Assembly (NCBI RefSeq): GCF_963921235.1
Contig: NC_086097.1
Location: forward strand, 16,988,001-17,052,000
DNA length: 64,000 nt
Reading direction: 5' to 3'
From: Mobula hypostoma
Lineage: Eukaryota
Of this stretch, positions 24,546 through 37,461 are shown piece by piece (positions within the stretch are counted from its first letter, which is position 1; each line of letters begins with the position of its first letter). Below the pieces are notes generated by a model that made no database searches, was not told the DNA's origin, and saw only the letters and a program-made list of their open reading frames with translations. Both the position numbers and the translations under genes were made by a program.

Positions 24546-27243
24546 AGATACTGGAGAAATGGCCAATTTTGATAGAGAAAGAGAAATCATATTACCTGAA
24601 GTTGGAGAGTTTTTGAAAAGGAGCCAGTAATGCTGCAAAATACCAAGACAGAAGATGATTTGCTTGCTTTGAGGCCTATTTGCTAATCCTCCTCTGCCAC
24701 CAGCTTTATTTTGTATGGCTGTGGAGCTGGTGACGTGGCACTAAGAGATACAAATCTGCTTGACAACTGACCAGGAAACTGAGAGGAATGGAAGGGGTCT
24801 ATAGTGGTCACTCAGCAAGATCCTGAGGTTCAGAGTCAACATGATCTTGATCTCAGTACTCAAAGCAGCTCAGGCACAAGAACTCCATTGATGGTCTTCT
24901 CAAGAAGTCTGCACACCTCAGTCATGGTAGATTTGGTTTTCCTAAACCTTTGAATACTTTGTTCATCATGGAGAGCTATGGAGTAGCTGGTTCATTCTAT
25001 TTCTCTGCCTTTTGCTCTAAAGACCCTGACATATCCATAAAGACACCTTCAGTGACAAAATTCATTTTTCTACTCTACAGATAGGGCAACATCCATTAAA
25101 CGAGTATCTCAGCTGCTCAAATCTGGAGGATACATTCCCTGTTAGCTTCAACAGCCTGTGGACTTTACAAGAAGTCTGAGCAGCTTCTATTTAGTCCTGG
25201 CTTCCCAATTTCAGCTAAGGGTCCCTTAAAATAGAGAGAAAATTGATAAACTAAAACGCTAAGCTTTGGTTTCTACTCAGCACGTTCACCGCAATTGTGC
25301 CAAGCGGTTTTGAGCTCTGGTTTATGAATTTATGACACATTGGTGGGAATGAGTTTTACGTGAATAATAATATCAGTTCGAGGATGTTTGATGTGGGAGT
25401 GGGTTGGTCACGCTTACATGAATTAACCACAAAAATACCTGGTTCAATTTAGCAATATACATGATTTCACCCAGAAATGATGACTGGTATAATTTACTTT
25501 GGATAAACTTTAACCTCGTAATTTGGTGATTAAAAATAACAAAAAGTTCAATTTTGAAATCTTTGTTTTCTTTTAGATATGAAAATAAAAGTTAGGCACT
25601 TCTATTTTTGACAGTAGTGACATTGGTCAAACAACAAATGAACTGCTTAGTTTTATAAATAAAGTTTTTGGCAAATAACCTCCCCGATTATTAAGTATCT
25701 ATCTTAATAAAAGAAACTATTCCTAAAATCCACATTGTGATGAATTTTTATTTTGCGAGTTTTCTTAGGGAACTTAAGTTCAACTAATGTTATCTAATGT
25801 CGACACAGGGGTTCTAGTAATGATAATTGTAACTATATTTAAATATCGTAACAGTTGATTTTGGCCCACTGATTTTGACATTTGTTGGTTGTTTCTGGAC
25901 CTGCTTTATTACATAATTTTAAACTTATCAAGTAGGATCAGCCTATTAACTGACATCTCTTTGACTGTCTCAGACAGGAATTTGTATCTGAGACAGACAG
26001 TGTTCTCAACGAGCCTCAACAAAATTTAATGTTTTCCTCTTTGGGATAAGAAAATGTGTGAATGAAATGCTCTAAAACCCAAGCTTGCTTCTTCTAAAAT
26101 CTATGCACAACCCAGCCTATAGCAGATAGTGCAGTAGCCTTTTTGCAGGGGAAGGATATCTGGACAAAAGTGATTTCAAATCCCACCATAATACTAAAAG
26201 TATAAATCCAGTTTGAATTTGTAAAGTTGCACTTGACTATGTTGGATTGTTGTGGAAAGAAAATTGTGTAATTGGTGAGTGATTTTCTATAGAAATAAAT
26301 GTGAAACATTCTCTCTTCATCCACTCCCATTGGGTAGAAGATACAAAAGCCTGAAAGGATATACCACCAGACTCAAGATCAGCTTCTATATTGTGGTTAT
26401 AAAACTATTGATAGGTCTCCTTTACAATAAGGTAGATTCGTGATCTCTCAGTGTACCTCGTCGTGGCCTTGTATTTTATTGTCTGCCAGCACTGCACTAT
26501 AACCTTAAAACTATATTGCCTTCTGTAACTATTTTCCCTTGTACTATTTCAATGCACTGTTGTGATGTATGGATGGCATGCAAATCAAAGTTTCTCACCG
26601 TACCTTGGTAGAGGAAACAATAATAAACCATTTACCACGTAAGAAGGTCAGGAGGTTGGAGAGGACTGTGTCAGGTTATGAACGCTCAACTTAGTACACC
26701 AATACATACAAACAGGCTTTTGAGAGACTGGTTTTGGCTTTGATGTTAAATGATTCTTAGAGCTTGAAGACACAGAAGAGTAATTAATGTTACAATGATC
26801 ATTGTCTTATGAGGGTGATGGTTATTTCTAGTTATGAGTAATGGTCAGAGAGGAAGACCTTCGGTGTGAACTCCAGTGAATCACTTAGCCTGAGCTGAAA
26901 CATTGATTATTAAAACATAATGTAATAGTTGTCAGTTTTGTGCAAGAGCAAGCCCAGTGGGTAAATGGTGTTAAAGATAACATATATAAAAACAGAAGAT
27001 GCTGGAAATACATGATAGGTCAGGTAGCCTCTGGAGGAAACATTTATATCTCAGATATATCTCAGAATCACTTTATTACCAGTATGTGAAACATACCAGA
27101 ATTGATTGTGCTTCAATGCCAAGCATAAAACAGAGGAAAACACCATAGCTAACAACATAATAGCAACCAACAGTTTACAAGACAATAGTGCAGCCAGGAG
27201 CCATCGACAATTAACAGAATAGTCACATGCACAAACGTCAATA

Positions 27244-27553
27244 TATATATATAGGCATCCATTAGTCTCATGAGACCATGGGATTTGCGCCTTGGAAGGT
27301 TTCCAGGGCACAGGCTTGGGCAAGGTTGTATGGAAGATCAGCAGTTGCCCATGCTGCAAGATCTCCCCTCTCCATGCCACCGATGTTGTCCAAGGGAAGG
27401 GCATTAGGACCCATACAGCTTGACACCGGTGTCATCGCAGAGCAATGTGTGGTTAAGTGCCTTGTTCAGGGACGCACACGCTGCCTCAGCCAAGGCTCGA
27501 ACTAGTGACCTTCGAATCACTAGACGAATGCCTTAACCACTTGGCCACGTGCC
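27244..27553 (-). mobile_element. tRNA-derived SINE with 10-bp TSD
   Basis: Reverse complement begins GGCACGTGGCCAAGTGG (A box) .. GTTCGAGCC (B box); (TA)n tail; TSD aacgtcaata at 27234-27243 and 27554-27563. Confidence 0.85.
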
Positions 27554-28289
27554 AACGTCAATAATCAAGCTTAAATACATGTGAACATATGAACAGATGC
27601 AATAATTATCACCAGAACAAGGAGTGCAGGGAAAACTATTTAACGGACATTGTGCAGGGTCCGTTAAGATATTACTCCTGAGTGAATTTTGTTGAGAAGC
27701 TGGATAGCTAAAGAAGCCTCAGAGATGATGATGTGTAGTCCTGGTGGTGATGGACTTGTAACGTTTCCCTGATGGCAATTTGATTAATTGATGATTGCCA
27801 GGGTGGGTGAAGTCAGCAGTAATTTTCAGTAATTATCTCATAAGTAATAATTTCAAAATGATTAGAAGTTTGGCAAGATAGGCATCTTGTATTTGCAGAT
27901 GTGGGGTGGTGGTGAGGGGGGAGGAACATTGGGAATATCTGTGACAGGGTGGAGACCAATGAAGGATGCATGACGTAGATCCACTCTAACCCTCTGTTCT
28001 TTTTTCTCATCCTTCCCTCCTCTCTCCAACATGAAACATTCCTGCTGTCTAAACTTCTCAGTTCTGATGCAAGGTCAGTAATCAGAAATGATAACTTTGT
28101 TTCTGTCTCCAAATATGCTGCCTGACCCACTGAGTATTTCCAGCATTCCTGTTTCATTTCTAATTTACTTATGTACTCTTTGGGATCTGGGTGTCACTGT
28201 CAAGGCCAACATTCATTGCCCAGCCCTCAATGCCTTTGAGAAAACAGCCGTGAGCCCCCATTTTGAACCACTTGTGTCCCTACAAAGGA

Positions 28290-28640
28290 GGTGTAAGGCA
28301 CTCCTTCCTTCCGCAGGCCTGAAGGTCACCCTTGGGCAAGGTGTAACACCAGCTTAGCTCTTCACCCCTCTGATCAAGGTCATGTGAAGCCATGGGAGCA
28401 GGTGGTGGATGGTCATACGAGCAGCCGGTGCAGATCACAAGTCCTGGCTATGCGACTGCTGACACCAGGCAGACAATCTCTAATGAGTATTGATAATGGC
28501 TGGACTCTCCCATCTTGTAAACACACTGCCCAGAAGAAGGCAATGGCAAACCACATCTGTAGAAAAATTTGCAAGAGCACTCATGGTCAAGACCATGATC
28601 ACCTATGTCATAGAGCACGGCTCATAATGATGGTGATGAG
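28290..28640 (+). mobile_element. Short retroposon with RTE/BovB-type 3' tail
   Basis: 'gaagaaggcaatggcaaaccac' motif and (ATG)n-like end. Confidence 0.5.
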
Positions 28641-28994
28641 TGTCCTTCCAATGAAGGTACTCCTACAGTGTGGTTAAATAGAGAATCCATATTTGAAGAA
28701 CCAGTGATAAATATCTAAATCAGTATTGCACGTGATATAGAGGGTAACCTGCAGATGGGTCAAATGGTCTGTTACTGTGCTGTATGTTTCTAAGACTCTA
28801 TTACAACAGATGGTATCTCTTGGAACATAATGCATAAACTGAAGTCAGTACCTACAGAATAACACACTGGCTGGACTACAGCACCTGGAGGGTAACCTAC
28901 AGGTAGCATTTGGAGAATATTCTGGTTGGATTTAAAAATTAACTTTAATATAATTCCAAGAGCATGCTACAGTGGGTAGTGTGTACAAAATTTT

Positions 28995-30260
28995 GGCTTT
29001 GTCAAAGGCAGGTCGTGCCTTACAAGCCTGATTGAATTCTTTGAGGATGTGACTAAACACATTGATGAAGGTGGAGCAGTAGATGAAGTGTATATGGATT
29101 TCAGCAAGGCATATGATAAGGTACCACATGCAAGGCTTTTTGAGAAAATAAGGAGGCATGTGATCCAAGAGGACATTGCTTTGTGGATCCAGAACTGGCT
29201 TGCACACAGAAGGCAAAGAGTGGTTGTAGGTGGATCATATTCTGCATAGAGGTCGGTGACCAGTGGTGTGCCTCAGGGATCTGTTCTCCGACCCCTACTC
29301 TTTGTGATTTTTATAAATGTCCTGGATGAGGAAGTGGAGGGATGAGTTAGTAAATTTGCTGATGACACAAAGGTTGGGGGTGTTGTGGATAGTGTAGAGG
29401 GCTGTCAGAAGTTACAGTGAGGCATCAATAGGTTGCAAAACTGGGCTGAGAAGTGGCAATGGAGTTCAACCCAGACAAGCGTGAAGTGGTTTATTTTGGT
29501 AGGTCAAATATGATGGCAGAATATACTATTAATGGTAAGGCTCTTGGCAGTGTGGAGGATCAGAGGGATTTTGGGGTCCGAGTCCACAGGACGCTCAAAG
29601 CAGCTGCGCAGGTTGACTCTGTGGTTAAGAAGGCATATAGTGTATTGGTCTTTTTCAACTGTGGGATTGAGCTCAAGAGTCAAGAGGTAATGTTACAGCT
29701 ATACAGGACCCAGGTCAGATCTCTTTTGGAGTACTGTGCTCAGTTCTGGTCACCTCACTACAGGAAGGATGTGGAAACTATAGAAAGGGTGCAGAGGAGA
29801 TTTACAAGGATGTTGCCTGGATTGGAGATCATGCCTTATGAGAACAGGTTGAGTGAACTCGGCCTTTTCTCCTTGGAGCGATGTAGGATGAGAGGTGACC
29901 TTACAGAGGTGTATAAGATGATGAGAGGCAATGATCATGTGGATAGTCAGAGGCTTTTTCCTGGGGCTGAAATGGCTAATGTGAGAGGGCACAGTTTTAA
30001 GGTGTTTGGAAGTAGATACAGCGGAGATGTCAGGGGTAAGTTTTTTACGCAGAGAGTGGTGAGTGTGCGGAATGGGCTGCCGGTAACGGTGGTGGAGGCA
30101 GATAAAATAGGGTCTTTTAAGGGAGTCTTGGATAAGAACATGGAGCTTTGAAAAATAGAGGGCTATGGGTAACTCGTGGTTATTTCTAAAGTAAGTACAT
30201 TATTTTACAGCATTGTTGGCTGAAGGGCCTGTATTGTGCTGTAGGTTTTCTATGTTTCTA
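28995..30260 (+). mobile_element. CR1 LINE RT and 3' UTR (5'-truncated)
   Basis: 'YMDFSKAYDKVPH', 'GVPQGSVL', 'KFADDTK', ORF 29453-30151 'LEYCAQFWSPHYRKD'; (ttctatg)n tail. Confidence 0.92.
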
Positions 30261-30913
30261 ATATTTGTTCCTCTACCATAATGTACAGTTCAGAAGTTTA
30301 TATTGATGCTAAGCTGCCAATTAAAAAATGTTCTTCAGGTTGAAGTAGATAATTTCTACTAGAGATAATATTAATTTCCAATATTTCTTTAATCACATAG
30401 CTGAGGGGCACAGGGTTTGGAGAAAGAATGGGCGACGGGGTTCCTTAGCATTGTGAAGGATTCCTCTCCTCCACCCCAGATTCTCTTTGACCGCCCGCCA
30501 TCAGGCAGGAGGTACGGTAGTATTAGGACAAGATCTGTTAGTGTAGATAACAGCTTTTTCACTTAAGACACTCCCTGCCACCACCCAGGTCTCATCACGC
30601 ATAAAATGCCAATAGAGTAATACTGCCTACATTTTAACTGGTGTCGTACATTCACCTTATGCTAAATGTCAATCTTTCTGGAATATATTTTATTATTTTT
30701 GATTTATTTGTGGTCATATTAGTTTATGAATTGTGTGAGAGTTACAGTATATGGTCTAGCAGAAAGTTTGGCGGTATACATGTATACGGTTGAATGACAA
30801 TAAACTTGAACTTGATTTGGATATGTCATTCAGAACATAGTTTTTCTGATTACACAGATGTCTGTCAGCATGGCATTGTTAGAGCAGTTTGGATTTTCAT
30901 GTTCTCTTCTCAG

Positions 30914-30962
30914 GAGGAGCACGTGGATCTGAACCTTCACCTGGAAGGGCAGAGCAACAGCG
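30914..30962 (+). other. Candidate 49-nt exon
   Basis: Acceptor ttttcatgttctcttctcag and donor GCG|gtaggt; GC-richer island in AT-rich unique DNA; two frames open. Confidence 0.35.
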
Positions 30963-31879
30963 GTAGGTTTATCATCGCTGCTCTACTTTTGTTGTACCAG
31001 TGGCAAGTATAATACAAACACTAAACTCTAACAATCAAATTCATTTTAGCAAGGTGGGCTCTTAATGGCTTTAAGGTATGACTTCTCATCTGTTTTAGTC
31101 ATTACTATTTAGAAATAACTTCTTTTATTTAATTCATGGCATTTCTGAAATCAGGATTTCTAAAATTAATGGTATTTTCCTGCCTTGTGCTTTAGTGTGC
31201 GAAACAAGTAATTCATTGTGAAATCTTTGGGGACTTATTTGGACACAAGTAAATTTAAACATAAATTATACACAAATTTTACAAGAAAAAGCACAATTAG
31301 AACAAAAACACTAGCGTCCATTGCAGTCCTCTTCTTATGCTCAATTTAGCCACTAAATGTTCGAAACAATATTTATTTTTCTACCATAATGTACAGCTTA
31401 CCCATTTATCATGATGTTAAATTGTCCTTTACAAAACATTCTACAGATTTAATTAGATAATTGCTAATAGAGTTAAAAATAACAACCAATATTTCCTTTA
31501 AACCTGTCTGTATTTTTTTTTACAAATGGTACTCTGTGAACGTTGTGGACTTTGCTGGCAATGGCAGTATTTATTTTCTGTCCCTGAACTGCTCGGGCAT
31601 TTAAGTGCCAATCACATTATTGAACCCAGAGTCACATATAGGCTGGACCGATTAAGGACAACAGATTTTAGCTCTCTGATAACCAGATGGCCTTATAAGA
31701 CAATGTAGTCATTCCAAAACTACCCACACAAATGGATTAACATCGAACAATAGAGCTCCTTATAGGCCCTTTAGCCCACAATGAGCTAGTATTTTAAATT
31801 GGATTTAGTAGAGATATACGCCATGGAAACAGCCCTTCAACCCACAGAGTTAGTATCAGGTTTATTATTTTTTAGTTTT

Positions 31880-32130
31880 ATTTATTGAGATAAGCATGGA
31901 ATAGGTCTGTCTGGCCCTTTGAGCCATGCTGCCCAGAATTCACGGGACAATTTACAACGACCAAGTAACCTACCAGCTGGCACATCTTTGGAATGTGGGA
32001 GGAAATCAGAGCACCCAGTGGAAATCCACTCAGTCACGGGGAGAGCGCACTCACAGTTTGCAATGGCGGGAATTGAACCCAGGTTGCGGGTACCGTAAAG
32101 TGTTGCGCTAACCTCGAGGCTACCATGTTA
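31880..32130 (-). mobile_element. V-SINE-like element
   Basis: 'ctttggaatgtgggaggaaatcagagcacc..gggaattgaaccc' is the reverse complement of the V domain and B box. Confidence 0.65.
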
Positions 32131-33996
32131 TCCTGTGACAGTATTATCACTGATATGTGTCGTGTAATTTGTTGTTTTGTGGCAGCAGTAGAGTGCATAT
32201 CACCAAATAAGTTGCTATAAGTTACAACAAGAGATATAAATAAGTAGTGTAAAAAGAGAGCAAAATAATGAAGCAGAGTTCATGGGTTCATGGACTGTTC
32301 AGAAATCTGACGACTGAGGGGAAGATGTTTCCTGAAACCACCAACTGCCCATTTAAACTAATTCTGTGTTAATTCTCTACATAATCTTATTTAATAGCAG
32401 AGGAAATAATATTCAATAACTCAGATACAGAACCATAGAACCATAGAACACTACAGCACAGAAAACAGGCCATTCGGCCCTTCTAGTCTGTGCCGAAACA
32501 TTACTCCTCTAGTCCCATTGACCTGCACCCAGTCCATAACCCTCCAGACCTCTCCCATCCATGTACCTATCCAATTTATTCTTAAAACTTAAGTGTGAGC
32601 TCGCATTTACCACGTCAGATGGCCACTCATTCCACACTTCCACCACTCTCTAACTGAAGAAGTTCCCCCTAATATTCCCCCTAAACCTTTCCCCTTTTAC
32701 CCTAAGGCCATGTCCTCTCGTACTTATCTCTCCTAATCTAAGTTGAAAGAGCCTTTTCACATTTATTTTGTCTTTCCCCCTCATAATTTTGTAAACCTCT
32801 ATCAAATCTCCCCTCATTCTTCTACGCTCCAAGGAATAAAGTCCTAACCTGTTCAATCTTTCCCTGTAACTGAACTCCTGAAGACCTGGCAACATCCTAG
32901 TAATTCTTCTCTGCACTCTTTCAATCTTACTGATATCCTTCCTATAGTTAGGTGACCAGAACTGTACACAATTCTCCAAATTTGGCCTCACCAATGTCTT
33001 ATACAACCTCCCCATAACATCCCAACTCCTATACTCAATACTTTGATTTATGAATGCCAGGATGCCAAAAGCCTTCTTTAAAACCCTGTCTTGAATTTTA
33101 GGGTTGATTCTGGTCAGCAGGGGATCCCCGACTGTCATCAAGCTACTGCTCATAAAATTCAAGTAACATGAAAGAAAATTATTGCCACTTGGAATGTCAG
33201 AACCCTATATCAAGCAGGAAGATTGGACAATGTGATAAATGAAATGGAAAGACTAAAGATTAACATCATGGGAATTAGTGAAGTTTGTTGGATAGGTGCT
33301 GGAACATGTCAGAATAGAAATAAAACACTAATTTATTCTTGGTGGAACATTCCATACTAATGGAGTAGGAATTCTTATGGATGAAAACATGGGAAAAAGT
33401 GTTTTAGGACATTGGGGAATATCAGAAAGAGTGCTCCTTGTTAGATTCAGAGGACAACCATTTGATTTAGCAATTATACAGGTATATGCACCCACAACAG
33501 ATGGAACAAATGAAGATATAGATAAATTCTATGAAGAGCTTGAACAAGCAAAGAATGGATGCAAATCTCAAGATATTGTTATTGACATGGGAGATCTTAA
33601 GTAGGACAAGGTGCTGATGGAAATACCATAGGAAAATTTGGACTAGGGGAAAGAAATGAAAGAGGTGAGAAATGGGTAGAATGGTGCAAGATGAATAATC
33701 AGGTCATTATGAATACCTACTTTAAAAACCATCCAAGATGCTTGGGGACCTGGAAAAGTCCAGGTGATAATACTAGAAATCAAACTGACTTTATTACTAT
33801 AAACTAAAGATTTAGAAACTCAGTGACTCAATGCAAAACATATCCAGGTGCAGACTGTAATAGTGACCATAACCTAGTAGTATGTCATGTAAAGGTAAAA
33901 CTTAAAAAACTAAAGAAGCAAAAACCTGAACAATCCCTTGACTACTTGCAATTAATTAAAGAAGAAAACACAAGACAAAAATTTACAATTGAAGTA

Positions 33997-35298
33997 CTTT
34001 ATACTTTAATTGTCGCCAAACAATTGATACTAGAACATACAATCATCACAGTGATATATGATTCTGCGCTTCCCACTCCCTGGATTACAAATCGATAGTA
34101 AATATTAAAAATTTAAATTATAAATCATAAATAGAAAATAGAAAATTGGAAAGTAAGGTAGTACAAAAAAACCGAGAGGCAGGTCCGGATATTTGGAGGG
34201 TACGGCCCAGATTCGGGTCAGGATCCATTCAGCAGTCTTATCACAGTTGGAAAGAAGCTGTTCCCAAATCTGGCTGTATGAGTCTTCAAGCTCCTGAGTC
34301 TTCTCCCAGAGGGAAGAGGGACAAAAAGTGTGTTGGCTGGGTAGGTCGTGTCCTTGATTATCCTGGCAGCACTGCTCCGACAGCGTGCGGTGTAAAGTGA
34401 GTCCAAGGACGGAAGATTGGTTTGTGTGATGTGCTGCACTGTGTTCACGATCTTCTGCAGCTTCTTCTGGTCTTGGACGGGACAACTTCCATATCAGGTT
34501 GTGATGCACCCTAGAAGAATGCTTTCTACGGTGCATCTATAAAAATTAGTGAGGGTTTTAGGGGACAGGTCAAATTTCTTTAGTTTTCTCAGGAAGTAAA
34601 GGTGCTGGTAGGCCTTCTTGGCAGTGGACTCTGCTTGGTTAGACCATGTCAGGTCATCTGTGATTTTGACCCCGAGGAACTTAAAGCTTTTGACCTGTTC
34701 CACTTGCGCACCACTGATGTAAATTGGGTCCTGCGGTCCGCTACTCCTTCTGAGTCAACAACCAATTCCTTCATCTTGCTGACATTGAGGGATAGGTTAT
34801 TGTCTTCGCACCATGCCACTAGGTTCTTAATTTCCTCTCTGTACTCAAACTCATCATTACCCGAGATACGGCCTACAATTGTGTAATCAGCAGCAAACTT
34901 ATATATTGAGTTTGATGGAAACTTGGCTACACAATTATGGGTGTACAGTGAGTACAGCAGGGGGCTGAGTACACAGCCTTGTGGGGCACCGGTGCTCAGA
35001 GTGATTGTAGAGGAGAGCTTGTCCCCTATTTTTACAGCCTGGGTCCTGTCTGTGAGGAAGTTGGAGATCCAGTTGCAGATCTGAGTGCTAAGGCCCAGGT
35101 TCCGGAGCTTAGGAATCAGTTTATTTGGAATGATGGTATTAAAGGCAGAGCTGTAGTCAATGAAAAGGAGCCTTATGTATGCGTCTTTATTCTCCAAGTG
35201 TTCTAAGCAGGAATGTAGGGCCAGAGAGATGGCATTTGACGTTGACCTGTTGCTCCAGTAGACGAATTGCAAAGTGTCGAGGTTGACCGGTAGGCTGT
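33997..35298 (-). mobile_element. Rex1/Babar-like LINE, 5'-truncated (left arm of inverted pair)
   Basis: ORF 34649-35314 '[32 protein letters not shown]'; (AAAGTAT)n tail. Confidence 0.92.
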
Positions 35299-35465
35299 AG
35301 GGAATAGATTTCAAAGTAAGGAATAGATTTCAAAGTCTAGAAATAGAATCTGTTGAAGATGATAGCAATCGTGTAGAAATGAAATTTAACTCTCTAAAGG
35401 ATGCCTTGGTAGAATCAGCAAAGTAGGTGATTCCTAAAAAGAAAAAAGCACAAAGAATAAATGGA

Positions 35466-36671
35466 TACCTAAGGCTCCTTTTCATTGACTACAGCTCTGC
35501 CAAATACCATCATTCCAAATAAACTGATTCCTAAGCTCCGGAACCTGGGCCTTAGCACTAAGATCTCCAGCTGGATCTTCAACTTCCTCACAGACAGGAC
35601 CCAGGCTGTGAAAATAGGGGACAAGCTCTCCTCTACAATCACTCTGAGCACCGGTGCCCCACAAGGCTGTGTACTCAGCCCCCTGCTGTACTCACTGTAC
35701 ACCCATGATTGTGTAGCCAAGTTTCCATCAAACTCAATATATAAGTTTGCTGATGACACAACAATTGTAGGCCGTATTTCGGGTAATGGTGAGTTTGTTT
35801 ACAGAGAGGAAATTAAGAACCTGGTGGCATGGTGCGAAGACAGTAACCTATCCCTCAACGTCTGCAAGACGAAGGAATTGGTTGTTGACTCAGAAGGAGT
35901 AGCGGACCGCAGGACCCAATTTACATCAGTGGTGCGCAAGTGGAACAGGTCAAAAGCTTTAAGTTCCTCGGGGTCAATATCACAGATGACCTGACATGGT
36001 CCAATCAAGCAAAGTTCACTGCCAAGAAGGCCCACCAGCGCCTTTACTTCCTGAGAAAACTAAAGAAATTTGACCTGTCCCCTAAAACCCTCACTAATTT
36101 TTATAGATGCACCGTAGAAAGCATTCTTCTAGGGTGCATCACAACCTGGTATGGAAGTTGCCTGTCCAAGACCGAAAGAAGCTGCAGAAGATCGTGAACA
36201 AGGTGCATCACACAAACCAATCTTCCGTCCTTGGACTCACTTTACACCACACACTGTTGGAGCAGTGCTGCCAGGATAATCAAGGATACGACCCACCCAG
36301 CCAACACACTTTTCATTCCTCTTCCCTCTGGGAGAAGGCTCAGGAGCTTGAAGACTTGTATGGCCAAATTTGGGAACAGCTTCTTTCCAACTGTGATAAG
36401 ACTGCTGAATGGATCCTGACCCGGATCTGGTCTGTACCCTCCAAATATCCGGACCTGTCTCTCGGTTTTTTTTTGTACTACCTTACTTTCCATTTTTCTA
36501 TTTTCTATTTATGATTTATAATTTAAATTTTTAATATTTACTAATTTTTACTATTTTTAATATTTAATATTTGTAATCCAGGGAGCAGGAAGCGCAAAAT
36601 CAAATATTACTGAGATGATTGTACGTTCTAGTATGAACTGTTTGGCGACAATAAAGTATAAAGTATAAAGT
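35466..36671 (+). mobile_element. Rex1/Babar-like LINE, 5'-truncated (right arm of inverted pair)
   Basis: ORF 35485-35994 '[27 protein letters not shown]'; (AAAGTAT)n tail. Confidence 0.92.
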
Positions 36672-37461
36672 ATGACAGATGAAATCAAAAATCTAATGGA
36701 AGAAAGGAGACAGATGAAAGCAAATCGAATAGAATATAAGTCCTTAGATAAAACAGTTAAAAGCTCATGTCAAAAAGCCAAAGAAGAATGGTTAATCCAG
36801 GAATGTGAGCAACTTGAAAGAATCCCTATTACTGATCCAAAAAGGTTACATCAACAAGAATATCACTGGTAAAAAGCTCCTCTGTTCTTCAGGTGGATGT
36901 TTGAAAGCAAAGGACGGTACCATTATCATGGAAAAAGATGAGATTTTGAACAGATGGACTGAGTATATTCAGGAATTGTTTGAAGACGATCAAGGTGAAA
37001 AACCAGAAATTAAAAAAAACATTGAAGGTCCAAGTATTTTAAAATCTGAAGTTCGTAATGCAATAAATAAGATGAAGAAAGGAAAGGCAGCAATGAATTG
37101 ATGAATTAGCAATAAAACAAGTTATCACCCTTGAAGATTATAGAATTGAAAAACTTATTGATTTAATCAATGACATTTATAAGACTGGAATAATACCAGA
37201 AGAGATGAAAATAATCAGTATTTATCACTCTTCCTAAGAAACCTGGAGCAATAGAATGTGAATTACATAGGACCATAAATTTAATGAGTCATATCACTAA
37301 GATACTTCTAAGAATTTTGATGACAAGAGCTAAAAGTAAGATACAAGCTGAAATAGGTAAAGAACAATGTGGTTTTGTGAAAGGCAAAGGTATAAGAAAC
37401 GTAATATTGATGTTAAGGATACTATCAGAACAAGCTATACAAGTGCAAAAAGATTTGTTTG

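Noticed and set aside
27480..27553. tRNA gene on the minus strand
   Set aside because: A and B boxes are present, but the sequence continues into a SINE body with tail and TSD, and there is no clean cloverleaf
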